Assembly (NCBI GenBank): GCA_965223415.1
Contig: OZ245002.1
Coordinates: 3,488,001 to 3,552,000, forward strand
Direction of reading: 5' to 3'
Origin: Myxococcota bacterium
GTDB taxonomy: Bacteria; Myxococcota_A; UBA9160; UBA6930
Length of the DNA: 64,000 bases
Positions 40,035 to 51,434 of the stretch are shown in pieces. How positions within the stretch are numbered: the first letter of the stretch is position 1; each line of letters begins with the position of its first letter. The notes beneath the pieces are model-generated. The model saw only the letters and a list, made by a program, of their open reading frames with translations, was not told the origin of the DNA and made no database searches. The translations under genes and the position numbers were made by a program.

Positions 40035-40976
40035 TGTTGCGTTAGGGGCCGGTTCCGTTTGTTGCGTTACTTGTGTTGCGTTGGGACCGGTTCCGTTTGT
40101 TGCGTTGTCTCGTTGCGGAGGGCTCGGGTGACGGAGCTGCGCGAGACGTCGAGCCATCGGGCGATCTCCGCGGGACGGAGTCCCATCTCCGATCGTGCTC
40201 TTCGGGCGAAGGCCGCTCGGGCACGACTCGCTGCCCTGGTCTTGCAGCGGCTGCGCAACGCGGCGGCTTCGATCCCGAACTCGAGAGCGACGACGTTCGC
40301 GAGCTCTTCCATCGTCCGTGCCCGCTCCTCTTCGTCGACCTTCATCCACTCACCGACCCGGGCTCTTGCCCTGTCGTCGTCTTCGTCGAAGAATCGCAGG
40401 GCTCGGTGCGAATCGTGGAAGGGTCGGGACTCGATGAGACCGAGCAGCGACGGGTGGCCGGTCCACGGGTAGTGCGCCAGCGCGCTGAGGGAGGGAATGA
40501 CGCCGCCGCGGACGGGGTTCAGGTGCACGTACCGAATCAGGCCCATCACGTCCGCTTCGTCGCCTGCCAGCCGCGAGATGAATCGGCTCTGGAAAAGGTA
40601 GCCGCGGCGATCATGGCGTCGATTGAAGTGCGTCGCGTACAGCAGATTGACCCGGTGCATCACCTTCGAGAGGTGAACGTCACCGGTGAGGATCAGCAGG
40701 TGCACGTGGTTCGTCATGAACGCCCAGGCGAGGCAGATGGCGCCCGATTCGCCGAGGACCCTCGTGAAGCGGCTCGCGAAGAACTCCCGGTCGAGGTCGT
40801 CCATGAAGACCGCGCGACCGTCGACGCCGCGCATCATGACGTGGTGGATGCAGCCCGGAGCGTCTAGCCGAAGAGGGCGGGGAGGCATCGGTGTCTCCCG
40901 GGACCCGGGGCCCTACGAAGTTAGCGAACGGAACCGGCTCGGAAGGCAACAAACGGAACCGGCCCCTAACGCAACA
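40035..40976. mobile_element. RAYT-like element: HUH transposase gene bounded by perfect 31-bp inverted repeats
   Basis: TGTTGCGTTAGGGGCCGGTTCCGTTTGTTGC at 40035-40065 and its exact reverse complement at 40946-40976; extra inner copies at 40074-40106 and ~40926-40938. Confidence 0.8.
40067..40888 (-). CDS. Y1 HUH transposase (RAYT-like) with a C-terminal HTH
   Basis: HHVMMRG, MTNHVHLL (HUH), LFQSRF, RYVHLNPVR (catalytic Tyr) and a C-terminal EIARWLDVSRSSV helix-turn-helix. Confidence 0.88.
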   Translation of the reverse strand: MPPRPLRLDAPGCIHHVMMRGVDGRAVFMDDLDREFFASRFTRVLGESGAICLAWAFMTNHVHLLILTGDVHLSKVMHRVNLLYATHFNRRHDRRGYLFQSRFISRLAGDEADVMGLIRYVHLNPVRGGVIPSLSALAHYPWTGHPSLLGLIESRPFHDSHRALRFFDEDDDRARARVGEWMKVDEEERARTMEELANVVALEFGIEAAALRSRCKTRAASRARAAFARRARSEMGLRPAEIARWLDVSRSSVTRALRNETTQQTEPVPTQHK

Positions 40977-40982
40977 AGCGGG

Positions 40983-41921
40983 CTACTTTAGCGACGGGAG
41001 GACGGTCTCGGCGAAGAGCTTGGCGGGCTCGCGGGTGTCTCGGCCGAAGAACTCGATGATGAACATGGTGCAGCCGAGGGCGCGGTGGCGCTCGATGCAG
41101 TCGATGACGTGAGAGGGGTCGCCCCAGATGCCGTGGGCTTCGAGGCCGGCGCCCATGTGACCGCCGTAGACCTTGTGGGCCTTCTCGAGGTGTTGCTTCG
41201 CCGTGGCTTCGTCCGGGGCGATCACGACGGTGCACTGCTGGGAGACGACGAGGCTCGACGGGTCGCGTCCCTCCTCCTGGCAGCGCCGGCGGAGGACGCC
41301 GACCTTGTGCTCCAACTGGCCCTGGAAGACGGCCATGTTGTTCCAGATGTCGGCGTGGCGTGCGGCGATGCCCATCAGCACCTTCTCGCCCGCTCCGCCG
41401 ATCAGGACCGGCGGCGGCTCCGCCGGCTTCGGCTCGAGGGCGCAATCCTTCACCTGGAAGTGCTCGCCTTCGAAGCTGGTGCGCTCCTCGCTCCAGAGCG
41501 ATTTCGCGATCCGGGTCATCTCCTCCAGCGCGCGCAGCCGCGCGCCCGTGGAAGGGAAGGGCACGCCGTAGGCCTCGAACTCCGCCTGGAACCAGCCGCC
41601 CCCTAAGCCCGGGATCACCCGACCGCCGCCGGCGATCTGGTCCACGGTCGCGATCTGCTTCGCGAGCACCGCCGGGTTCCGGAAGAAGGGCGGCGTCACG
41701 AGCGTTCCGAGCTTGACCTGCTCTGTCACCGCGGCCACCGCCGCCAGCTCGCTCCACGCCTCGAGGATCGGCAGCTGGGGCATCGGCACGCCGTAGAGGT
41801 GGTCGCACACCCACACCGAGTCGAAGCCGAGGGCGTCGAAGGTCTCGGCGGCGGCCCGGGCCTCGGGCCAGCTGCGCTTGATCTGGGGGAGGGTGACGCC
41901 GAAATGGAGGGGAAGGTCCAT
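40983..41921 (-). CDS. LLM-class (luciferase-like, probably F420-dependent) oxidoreductase
   Basis: GFDSVWVCDH, RNPAVLAKQIATVD and IGGAGEK motifs. Confidence 0.85.
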   Translation of the reverse strand: MDLPLHFGVTLPQIKRSWPEARAAAETFDALGFDSVWVCDHLYGVPMPQLPILEAWSELAAVAAVTEQVKLGTLVTPPFFRNPAVLAKQIATVDQIAGGGRVIPGLGGGWFQAEFEAYGVPFPSTGARLRALEEMTRIAKSLWSEERTSFEGEHFQVKDCALEPKPAEPPPVLIGGAGEKVLMGIAARHADIWNNMAVFQGQLEHKVGVLRRRCQEEGRDPSSLVVSQQCTVVIAPDEATAKQHLEKAHKVYGGHMGAGLEAHGIWGDPSHVIDCIERHRALGCTMFIIEFFGRDTREPAKLFAETVLPSLK

Positions 41922-41997
41922 GGAGGCGCAGGGTAGGGCGGCAAGTCCGCGTCGGGCAACGCTCAATTCCCCGGTCGTCCCGGCCGATACGCACCCC

Positions 41998-43839
41998 ATG
42001 CCGACCGCAGCGCCCGCCGAGACCGACCACCGCGCTCCCCTCACCCTGGACGAGCTTCTCGAGATCCTCGCCACCGCCGGGCACATGAGCGAAGACCAGG
42101 CGCGGGACGTCGGCGCTCGAGCCCGCACCCTCGCGAGCCAGGTCCTGAAGGACCGGGTCGGCTCGGTGCGCTCTCAGGCGGCCCAGCGCTACGACGTGTC
42201 GCCCGCCGAGATCGTCGCCACCGCCCGCGTCGGCGACCCGAACCGTCCCGGGCGCTTCCTCACCGAGGATTCCATCGCCGAGCTGCTGGCCGAGCGCGCT
42301 GGCCTCGAGGCGAAGAAGATCGACCCGCTCCACCTCGACGCCCAGCTCCTCACCAAGACCTTCTCCCGACCCTTCGCGCGCCGCCATGCCGTCATCCCGT
42401 TGGCGCATACCGAAGCCGGCGGGCTGCTGCTCGCCGTGACGGACCCCTTCGACGGGGTCCTCCGCGAGACCCTGGCCCAGCAGCTGCGCGTTCCCCTCGA
42501 GCTCGTGGTCAGCTCGAAGCGCGACATCCTCGCCATCATCGACCGGGTCTACGGCTTCCACGCCAGCGTGTCGGTTGCAGAGGAGAGCCTCGGCGGCGGC
42601 GCCGACGGCGGCGCCCTGGCGCCCTTCGTCGAGCTCCGCTCCAACGAGGAGCTCGCGACCGCCGGCGACGAGAGCGTCGTCACCGCCGTCGACTACCTGC
42701 TGAACTACGCCTTCGAGCAGCGTGCCTCCGACATCCACCTGGAGCCCCGTGAGGGCGATGCGGTCATCCGCTTCCGCATCGACGGCATCCTCCACGACAT
42801 CGAGCGAATGCCGCTCAACGTGCACGGTGCCGTGGTCTCGCGCATCAAGGTGCTCGCCCGCATGGACATCGCCGAGCGCCGCCGCCCCCAGGACGGCCGC
42901 ATCAAGACCTTCCGCGCGGAGCGCGAGGTGGAGCTACGCGTCTCGAGTCTGCTGACCGCGTTCGGCGAGAAGGTCGTCGTCCGGGTGTTCGACCCGGACG
43001 TGCTCATGACCGATCTCCAGCAGCTCGGCTTCTCCCGCGACGACCGCGAGAGCTACGAGCGCTGGATCACCGCCCCGAGCGGTCTGATCCTCGTCACCGG
43101 TCCGACCGGCTCCGGAAAGACGACCACGCTCTATTCCACCCTCCGCTACCTGGCCGGGCCCGAGATCAACATCACCACCGTCGAGGACCCGATCGAGATG
43201 GTGGACCCGCGCTTCTGTCAGGTGCAGGTGCAACGCCAGGCCGACGTCAGCTTCGCCACGGCCCTGCGCGCGATCCTGCGCCAGGACCCGGACATCATCA
43301 TGGTCGGGGAGATTCGCGACGCGGAGACGGCGAACATGGCGGTGCAGGCCGCCCTCACCGGCCACCTCGTCTTCTCCACGGTCCACACCCGCGATGCCGC
43401 CGGCGCCGTCACCCGGCTGATCGAGCTGGGCATCGAGCGCTTCCTGCTCGCCAGTGTGCTGCGCGGAGTGCTCGCCCAGCGCCTTGTCCGCTGCATCTGT
43501 CCCCACTGCGTCGCCCTGGGCTTCCTCACGCCGAACCAGGTCGACGCCCTCGGCCTCAAGGTGCCCCTCGAGCGCCGCGAGCAGCTCCGCGTGCGCTGGG
43601 GCGAGGGCTGCACCGATTGCCGCCACACCGGCCTCCACGGGCGGACCGGCGTGTTCGAGATGCTCGACGTCGGGCGCCGCGTGCGCGCCCTCGTCACCGA
43701 GGGCGCCGATGCCGGAGAGATCACTCGCGCGGCCCGGGTCGAGGGCATGGAGACGCTGCGCGAGGCCGCCATCCAGAAGCTGGCCTCCGGCGAGACGCCC
43801 TTCGAAGAGGTCGTACGGCTCACGGTGGACGCGGAATGA
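41998..43839 (+). CDS. GspE/PilB-family secretion ATPase
   Basis: ASDIHLEP, PQDGR, GPTGSGKTT, LRQDPD and Zn-binding CPHC...CTDC motifs. Confidence 0.9.
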   Translation: MPTAAPAETDHRAPLTLDELLEILATAGHMSEDQARDVGARARTLASQVLKDRVGSVRSQAAQRYDVSPAEIVATARVGDPNRPGRFLTEDSIAELLAERAGLEAKKIDPLHLDAQLLTKTFSRPFARRHAVIPLAHTEAGGLLLAVTDPFDGVLRETLAQQLRVPLELVVSSKRDILAIIDRVYGFHASVSVAEESLGGGADGGALAPFVELRSNEELATAGDESVVTAVDYLLNYAFEQRASDIHLEPREGDAVIRFRIDGILHDIERMPLNVHGAVVSRIKVLARMDIAERRRPQDGRIKTFRAEREVELRVSSLLTAFGEKVVVRVFDPDVLMTDLQQLGFSRDDRESYERWITAPSGLILVTGPTGSGKTTTLYSTLRYLAGPEINITTVEDPIEMVDPRFCQVQVQRQADVSFATALRAILRQDPDIIMVGEIRDAETANMAVQAALTGHLVFSTVHTRDAAGAVTRLIELGIERFLLASVLRGVLAQRLVRCICPHCVALGFLTPNQVDALGLKVPLERREQLRVRWGEGCTDCRHTGLHGRTGVFEMLDVGRRVRALVTEGADAGEITRAARVEGMETLREAAIQKLASGETPFEEVVRLTVDAE

Positions 43840-45311
43840 CCGCCGCCGAGCGCGAGCTGGGCCTGCAGCTGCGGGCGGGCGTCCGCCTCATCGTCCTCGA
43901 GACCGTGGAGGAAGAGCGGGCCCTGCGCTTGCTCGGTCGCACCGCGAAGCGCGTCGAGCGCAGTCTGCACACCTGGTCCCTGGCCAGCGGAATGGACGGC
44001 GCGGGAGAGGGCGCCGGCGGTCTCGACGCGGCCGTGCGCGCCTTCGACGCCTGCCGCACGCCGGCGATCTTCGTCGTCGCGGACGCCCACGCGCTCCTCG
44101 CCGATAGCGTCGGCGTCCGTCACCTGCGAGAGGCCCTGCCGCGCTGGGCCGAGCGCCGGCAGGCCGTCGTGCTGCTGGGTCCGCTCGTCGACCTCCCCGT
44201 CGAGCTGGAGCGGGAAGCGGCACGGCTGGCGCTGCCCCTTCCCACGGCGCAGGAGCTGCGAAGCCTCTTCGAGCGGGTGATGCGGGGGGCGCGAGGCGCC
44301 GAGGCCGCCTCGGCGCTCCTCGACGACTGCGTCCGGGCGGCCCTTGGTCTCACCGCCGGCGAGGCGGCGCGCGCCTTCCGCAAGGCCTGGCTCGCCTGCG
44401 GCGAGCTCTCGCCGGACGCGGTGGCCCGCGTCGCGTCCGAGAAGCAGAAGGCACTGCGCCGCATTCCGGCCCTGAGCTTCCACGACGTCCAGGACGATCT
44501 GGCCGGCGTCGGAGGCCTTGGCGAGCTGAAGCGCTGGCTGCGGGAGCGCCGCCGCGCCTTCGGCCAGGAGGCCCGGGACTTCGGCCTGCCGGCACCGCGG
44601 GGCCTCCTGCTCCTCGGCGTCCAGGGCTGCGGCAAGTCCCTGTGCGCGAAGGCGGTCGCGTCGGAGTGGCGCTTCCCCCTGCTGCGCCTCGACCTGGCGG
44701 CGGCCTTCTCCGATCCCACCCGCAGCCCAGAGCTCTTCCTGCGCGAGGCCACGGCCGTCGCCGAGAGCCTGGCGCCGGTGGTCGTGTGGATCGACGAGAT
44801 CGAGAAGGGTTTCGCCGTGAGCGAGCGCGATCCGGGTGCCTCGCGGGTCTTCGGCAGCTTCCTCACCTGGCTGGCGGAGAAGCAGGCGCCGGTCTTCGTG
44901 GTGGCGACGGCCAACGACGTGAGTGCGCTTCCGCCGGAGCTCCTGCGGCGGGGTCGCTTCGACGAGCTCTTCTTCGTCGACCTGCCCACCGAGGAGGAGC
45001 GCGCCGAGATCCTGGCCATCCACCTGCGCAAGCGGGGCCGGGATCCCAAGCAGTTCCCGCTGGCGGAGCTGGCCTCCCGGGCCGTGCATCAGTCCGGCGC
45101 CGAGCTCGAGCAGGTGGTCGCGGCCGGGCTCTACGCCGCCTTCGCCGAGAGCCGCGAGCTCCGGGACACGGACCTGGCCGAAGCCATCCAGGACACGGTG
45201 CCGCTCTACGAGACCTACGAGGAGCGCATCAAGGAGCTGCGCAACTGGGCGCGCCACCGGGCCCGCCCGGCGACCCTGGACGGCAAGGCGGTGAGCTGGT
45301 TCCAGGAGTAG
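43836..45311 (+). CDS. AAA+ ATPase, Ycf46-like
   Basis: [19 protein letters not shown] and [12 protein letters not shown] motifs; ATGA overlap with gspE. Confidence 0.85.
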   Translation: MTAAERELGLQLRAGVRLIVLETVEEERALRLLGRTAKRVERSLHTWSLASGMDGAGEGAGGLDAAVRAFDACRTPAIFVVADAHALLADSVGVRHLREALPRWAERRQAVVLLGPLVDLPVELEREAARLALPLPTAQELRSLFERVMRGARGAEAASALLDDCVRAALGLTAGEAARAFRKAWLACGELSPDAVARVASEKQKALRRIPALSFHDVQDDLAGVGGLGELKRWLRERRRAFGQEARDFGLPAPRGLLLLGVQGCGKSLCAKAVASEWRFPLLRLDLAAAFSDPTRSPELFLREATAVAESLAPVVVWIDEIEKGFAVSERDPGASRVFGSFLTWLAEKQAPVFVVATANDVSALPPELLRRGRFDELFFVDLPTEEERAEILAIHLRKRGRDPKQFPLAELASRAVHQSGAELEQVVAAGLYAAFAESRELRDTDLAEAIQDTVPLYETYEERIKELRNWARHRARPATLDGKAVSWFQE

Positions 45312-45446
45312 AGCACCGCCGCCGACGGCTCGTGCCGCTGACCGCGAAACGAGCAGCGCCGACCCGAATCGAGGCAGCTCCCCGGCCGGCTGGGTCGCGC
45401 CCGGCCCATCGGGGCTCGCGGGACGGCTCCTTCGGGGGTTCGGGCC

Positions 45447-45462
45447 TGGCACGCCCATTGCT
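45447..45462 (+). promoter_or_regulatory. Sigma54 (-24/-12) promoter
   Basis: TGGCAC-GCCCA-TTGCT is an exact TGGCAC-N5-TTGC match upstream of amtB. Confidence 0.8.
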
Positions 45463-45505
45463 CTGGGGACTTCCGTGGGCGCGGATGCCCGTGGGAGGAA
45501 ACGAC

Positions 45506-47133
<1,628 letters not shown>

Positions 47134-47193
47134 CTCCCCCACGACCCTTCAGGAACGCAGGCGTTCCCTATGCTCCGGGCAGGAGGACCCTCC

Positions 47194-47385
47194 ATGAGAC
47201 GGCTGCTGCTGCCCGGAGCGTTACTGCTCGGCCTGCTCGCTGGGGGCTGCACCCCCACCGTCCAGGTGCAGGCTCCGGACGAGCCGATCGTGATCAACAT
47301 GAACGTGAAGATCGAGCACGAGGTTCGCGTCAAAGTGGACGAGGAGCTCGATCAGGTGTTCGAAGACGAGCAGGATATCTTCTGA
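47194..47385 (+). CDS. YnbE-like lipoprotein
   Basis: Lipobox AGGC; PIVINMNVKIEHEVRVKVD. Confidence 0.8.
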   Translation: MRRLLLPGALLLGLLAGGCTPTVQVQAPDEPIVINMNVKIEHEVRVKVDEELDQVFEDEQDIF

Positions 47386-47723
47386 TGACGACGCGAGTGA
47401 CGACGGTACTGCTGGCTCTGCTGCTCTTCTCGGCGGCAGCGTACGCGGACGGCGCCCTGGATGCGGCCCGGGACGCTGGCGTGGTCGGCGAGCGCCGCAA
47501 CGGCTACGTGGGACTGGTGGTGAAGAAGCCGACCCCTGAGCAGAAGGCGTGGGTCGAGGACGTCAACAAGAAGCGCCGCGCCCACTACAAGAAGATCGCC
47601 AAGAAGTCCGGCGCCACGGTCGACGAGGTGGCCGCGCTCGCCGCCCAGCGACTGATCGAACAGGCCCGCTCCGGCCACTACGTCCAGGGCGCCGGCGATG
47701 GCTGGGTCCAGGTCAAGAAATGA
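47385..47723 (+). CDS. YdbL/DUF1318 family protein
   Basis: GVVGERRNGY and VNKKRRAHYKKIA motifs; follows the ynbE-like gene. Confidence 0.8.
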   Translation: MTTRVTTVLLALLLFSAAAYADGALDAARDAGVVGERRNGYVGLVVKKPTPEQKAWVEDVNKKRRAHYKKIAKKSGATVDEVAALAAQRLIEQARSGHYVQGAGDGWVQVKK

Positions 47724-47802
47724 AGAAGCGGGGTGGATTCGCCTCGTAGAAGTTGGGGCCGGACTTCAGCTCGGGCTCGGATAGTCCGATTCGTGGGCGG
47801 CC

Positions 47803-49446
47803 ATGCTGTTGCCCTGGAGCCACGAATCGACGGAGCTGCGGCGCCGTCCCTGGATCACGGTCGCCCTGATCTCCGCCTGCGTGGTGGTGCTGGTCGGCAG
47901 CGAGCTGGACCCGGCGGTCCAGCAGTTCGAGAAGGCGCTGGGTGAGGCCCACGCCTTCTGGCAGAGCCACCCCTACCTGGAGCCGGGCGAGCTCCTGGCC
48001 ACCCACTTCGGCGATGACGGGGCCCGCGCTCGCGAGGAGTTCCGGGCCGACCTGGCCGCCGGTGACGTCCCGATCCCCGCCTCCGCGGTGGAAGCGGAGC
48101 AGGTCGAGCTCGACGCCCTCGCCGCCGACGCGGACGCCGCCCTCAAGCGCCACGTCTGGTATCGCTTCGGTCTCGTGCCGACGGCGCCCCGGCTGGCCGG
48201 CGTCTTTGGCCACATGTTCTTGCACGCCGGCTGGGTGCACCTGCTCGGCAACCTGCTCTTCCTGTTCCTCACCGGACCGTTCATCGAGGACCGCTGGGGG
48301 CGTTCGGTCTACCTGCTCTTCTACCTGGGAGCCGGCGTCGCCTCCGGTCTCGTCTTCGCCATCCAGAGCCCCGACCTCACCGGCCCGCTGATCGGGGCCT
48401 CCGGCGCGATCGCTGGCGCCATGGGCGCGTTCCTGGTGCTGTTCGCGACGGTGCGGATCAAGTTCGCCTACTGGCTCGGGCTCTTCTGGGGAACCTTCGC
48501 GGTGCCCGCCTGGCTGCTGTTGCCGCTCTGGTTCGGCCACGAGCTGGCGACGGCCCGCCTGATGGACGTGACCGGCGCCAGCGACGGCGTCGCCTACTGG
48601 GCCCACGTGGGCGGCTTCGCCTTCGGCGTCGCCACCGCGGCCCTCCTGCGAGCGAGTGGCGCCGACGCGCGCATGCAGCTCCGCGACGCCCGCCGGGACG
48701 AGGCGGCGGCCTCCGCCGGCATGCCGCCCTCGGGCGGGGAGGCTCCCGAGACGACGCGGGAGGCGACGCCTGCGACGCCCGCCGCTTCGATCGGTCGCCT
48801 CTGGACCGCCGTTGCCCGCGCCGACCGGGCCGGAGCCCTGCGCGAGTGGTCGGCCCTCTCGAAGGCCGGCCAGGCCGCGACCGGCGGCGACCCGGACGTG
48901 GCGCTGCGCCTGGCGGGCTGGCTCGCCGCCACCGGCCAGCAAGAGGCCGCCGCCGGCGTCCTGGCCGACCTCCTGCCCCGGGCGGACCGCGCCACGGCGG
49001 GCCGCATCGCCGGAGCCGCCCGCCGCATCGATCCCGAGCTCGCGAGCCGGGCCGCCGAGCTCGCGGCCACCCCGCCCACGCCCGAAGCTTCGCCCGCGCC
49101 CACACCGGCGCCTCCGCAGCCCACGAAATCGCCGGTCGTCGCGCCTCCGCAGCCCACGAAATCGTCGGTCGTCGCGCCTCCGCAGCCGGCCGAGCCGCCG
49201 CCCGCCGCGCGGCCGCCCACCCAGCCGGCCCCCGCGGCGGCGCCTCCCCGACCCGCTCCGGCCCCGTCGCCGGCTCTCGACCTCGATCTCTTCGAGGCGG
49301 ACGCGGTCGATCTTTCCAAGGACGACGAGGAGTGGAGCGTCGAGGCCCAGGGCGTCGATCTCGACGCGCCGGGCAGCCATGGCAGCGAAGGCGACACCGG
49401 CGCCGAGCTCTTCGACACGGACGCCTTCGACTTCTCCGAGGAATAG
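47803..49446 (+). CDS. Rhomboid-family intramembrane serine protease with a long C-terminal extension
   Basis: HMFLHAGWVHLLGN, GASG (catalytic Ser) and AHVGG (His) motifs; Pro-rich then acidic tail. Confidence 0.88.
   Translation: MLLPWSHESTELRRRPWITVALISACVVVLVGSELDPAVQQFEKALGEAHAFWQSHPYLEPGELLATHFGDDGARAREEFRADLAAGDVPIPASAVEAEQVELDALAADADAALKRHVWYRFGLVPTAPRLAGVFGHMFLHAGWVHLLGNLLFLFLTGPFIEDRWGRSVYLLFYLGAGVASGLVFAIQSPDLTGPLIGASGAIAGAMGAFLVLFATVRIKFAYWLGLFWGTFAVPAWLLLPLWFGHELATARLMDVTGASDGVAYWAHVGGFAFGVATAALLRASGADARMQLRDARRDEAAASAGMPPSGGEAPETTREATPATPAASIGRLWTAVARADRAGALREWSALSKAGQAATGGDPDVALRLAGWLAATGQQEAAAGVLADLLPRADRATAGRIAGAARRIDPELASRAAELAATPPTPEASPAPTPAPPQPTKSPVVAPPQPTKSSVVAPPQPAEPPPAARPPTQPAPAAAPPRPAPAPSPALDLDLFEADAVDLSKDDEEWSVEAQGVDLDAPGSHGSEGDTGAELFDTDAFDFSEE
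49108..49187. repeat. 33-bp coding tandem repeat (APPQPTKSxVV)
   Basis: About 2.4 copies in the rhomboid Pro-rich linker. Confidence 0.8.
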
Positions 49447-49505
49447 CGCCACCCGGCCGGAGCACTCGCGGGGGAACGCCGGACAAGGGCTAGGATGGCC
49501 CGCGC

Positions 49506-51434
49506 ATGCGCGAGCGGGTCTTCGGCATCGAGACCGAGTACGCGGTCGTCTACTTCCCGGCCCGGGGCGAGGAGCGGCGACCGACGAACCTCACCCTCTA
49601 CCCGCTCTTCGAGCGCTACCTGGAGCGGCGGGTGCCCGGCGTGCCGCGCGCCCTCTCCCTGCTGCGTGCGAAGCCGGGCCGCTTCCTCGCCAACGGCATG
49701 TCCTTCCACTACGAGGCGACGCCCCACGCCTTCGAGCACGGGCTCCTCGAGATCGCGAGCCCGGAGTGCCGCGATCCCTTCACGTTGCTCGCCCACGAGC
49801 GGGCCAAGGACGCGCTGGCAGAGGAGCTGCGCGGCGAGGTGAACCGGGAGCTCGCCGCCCAGGGCTGGCGCGGCGAGGTGCGCGTCTTCAAGAGCAACGT
49901 CGACGCCCACGGCCATACCTTCGGCTCCCACGAGAGCTACTGGATCGACGATCCCCTGCCGCCGCTGCGGCGCCTGGCCATCGCCCCCTTGTGGGCGGCG
50001 CTCTGGCTGCTGACCCTGCCGCCGCTGCTGTGGCTGCTGGCGGTGAGCGCCCTCATGCTGGCCGCCCCGCTCCTGCTGCTGGCGGCCCCGCCGTCGGGAG
50101 CCGCCCTGCGCGCCCTGGCCCGGCCTGCGGGCCGCCTGCACGCCCCGACCGGGCGCCGCCTGCGGCTCGCCGCCGCCCGGCTCTCCGGGCTGCCGATGCG
50201 CGTCGCCGCCCGGCTCCAGGCCGATCCCGGGGCCTTGCCCCGGCGTCTCGCCTGGGTCGAGTGGCCCCTGCGGCCGGTCCTCCACCTGCACGCTGCCTTC
50301 GCGCGGCGCTTCCTGTTCCGGCCCGCGGTTCGGGGCGCCATGGCGCACCTGGTGACGCGCACCCTCTACTGCGGTGCGGGCCGGGTCGTGTTCGACGGTG
50401 GCGACCTGCTGCACGCGAGCCAGCGCGCCGCCTTCCTGCGCGTGCCGTCGCACCTCTTCACCCACGGCGACCGCCGCCCCCTGGTGGAGCTGCGCGATCC
50501 GTTCTTCCGGCCCTGGAGCGTGTTCGGCCGGCGCCGGCGCCTGCACCTGATGCTGGCCGACGCGACCCTCTGCGACCAGGCGAGCGTGCTTCGCGTGGGC
50601 ACGACCGCCCTCGTTCTCGAGGCCATCGAGGCGAAGCCCGACGCGGCCTGGCCGGAGCTGGTCGATCCCGTCGCCGCCCTGGGCGCCCTGAGCCGTGACG
50701 TCGGGACTCCCCTGTCCCTGTGCGCCGGCGGCGAGGCGTCGGCGCTGGCGATCCAACGGGAGGTGCTGCACCGGGTGCGGGAGCGACTCCCCGGACCGGT
50801 CGCCGACTGGAAGCGCTGCGTGCTTGGCCTGTGGGAGGAGACGCTCGACGCGTTCGAGCGCGATCCAGACGCCCTGGCCGACCGGGTCGACTGGGTCGCC
50901 AAGCGCAGCCTGCTGCGCCGCGATGCCGCCTCCGCCGAGGACTGGAGGCAGCTCGCCGCCGAGGGAACGCGGCTCACCGGGACCGTTCCCGGCGACCCGG
51001 AAGGCGAGCGCCTGCGGGAGCTCGCCTTCCGCGCCCTGCGCACGGATCTCCGCTACCACGAGCTCGGGCCAAGGGGCGGCCACGCCCGCCTCCGGCGCCG
51101 CGGAGCCGTTCGCGAGCTCGCCTCCGCGGACCAGATCGAGCGCGCTCACCGCGCGCCTCCCGCCGACACCCGCGCCCACGCCCGCGGCCTGGCGATCGGT
51201 GCCGCACTGGCCGCGCCGATCCCCGGCGCCGCCACCTGGCACCGGGTGCGGATCGGTCTCACCGATTGGCGCTGGCTTCCGGATCCCCTCGACCCGGGGC
51301 CGGGTCTCGGTCTGTTCGGCAGGCGTCGACGAAGCCCCGGAACAACTGCAGCCGCCCCTCCCCCGGGAGCTTCTCCGGATGCCACTGCACGCCGAGCTGG
51401 AGGCCAGGGCCTTCGCCCTCGATCGCCTCGATGA
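49506..51434 (+). CDS. PafA/Dop-like (Pup ligase family) protein with a hydrophobic insertion
   Basis: GIETEY, FLANG, ASPEC, KSNVD...GSHESY, LVTR...GAG, RRLHL, VGTTALVLEAIE, DWVAK, DLRYH and PPADTRAHARG motifs. Confidence 0.85.
   Translation: MRERVFGIETEYAVVYFPARGEERRPTNLTLYPLFERYLERRVPGVPRALSLLRAKPGRFLANGMSFHYEATPHAFEHGLLEIASPECRDPFTLLAHERAKDALAEELRGEVNRELAAQGWRGEVRVFKSNVDAHGHTFGSHESYWIDDPLPPLRRLAIAPLWAALWLLTLPPLLWLLAVSALMLAAPLLLLAAPPSGAALRALARPAGRLHAPTGRRLRLAAARLSGLPMRVAARLQADPGALPRRLAWVEWPLRPVLHLHAAFARRFLFRPAVRGAMAHLVTRTLYCGAGRVVFDGGDLLHASQRAAFLRVPSHLFTHGDRRPLVELRDPFFRPWSVFGRRRRLHLMLADATLCDQASVLRVGTTALVLEAIEAKPDAAWPELVDPVAALGALSRDVGTPLSLCAGGEASALAIQREVLHRVRERLPGPVADWKRCVLGLWEETLDAFERDPDALADRVDWVAKRSLLRRDAASAEDWRQLAAEGTRLTGTVPGDPEGERLRELAFRALRTDLRYHELGPRGGHARLRRRGAVRELASADQIERAHRAPPADTRAHARGLAIGAALAAPIPGAATWHRVRIGLTDWRWLPDPLDPGPGLGLFGRRRRSPGTTAAAPPPGASPDATARRAGGQGLRPRSPR

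Noticed and set aside
40035..40106. Tandem repeats considered as a CRISPR array
   Set aside because: Only two copies with a gap of about 8 nt or less, no spacers and no cas genes; better explained as REP-like repeats
47170..47723. Small ORFs upstream of the PafA-like locus considered as Pup/UBact
   Set aside because: They are secreted YnbE/YdbL-like proteins and do not end in GE/GQ
47803..49446. Rhomboid as the sortase for the CG[LI]GxEL tail
   Set aside because: It is 30 kb away with no supporting evidence, and its long architecture is unlike compact rhombosortases
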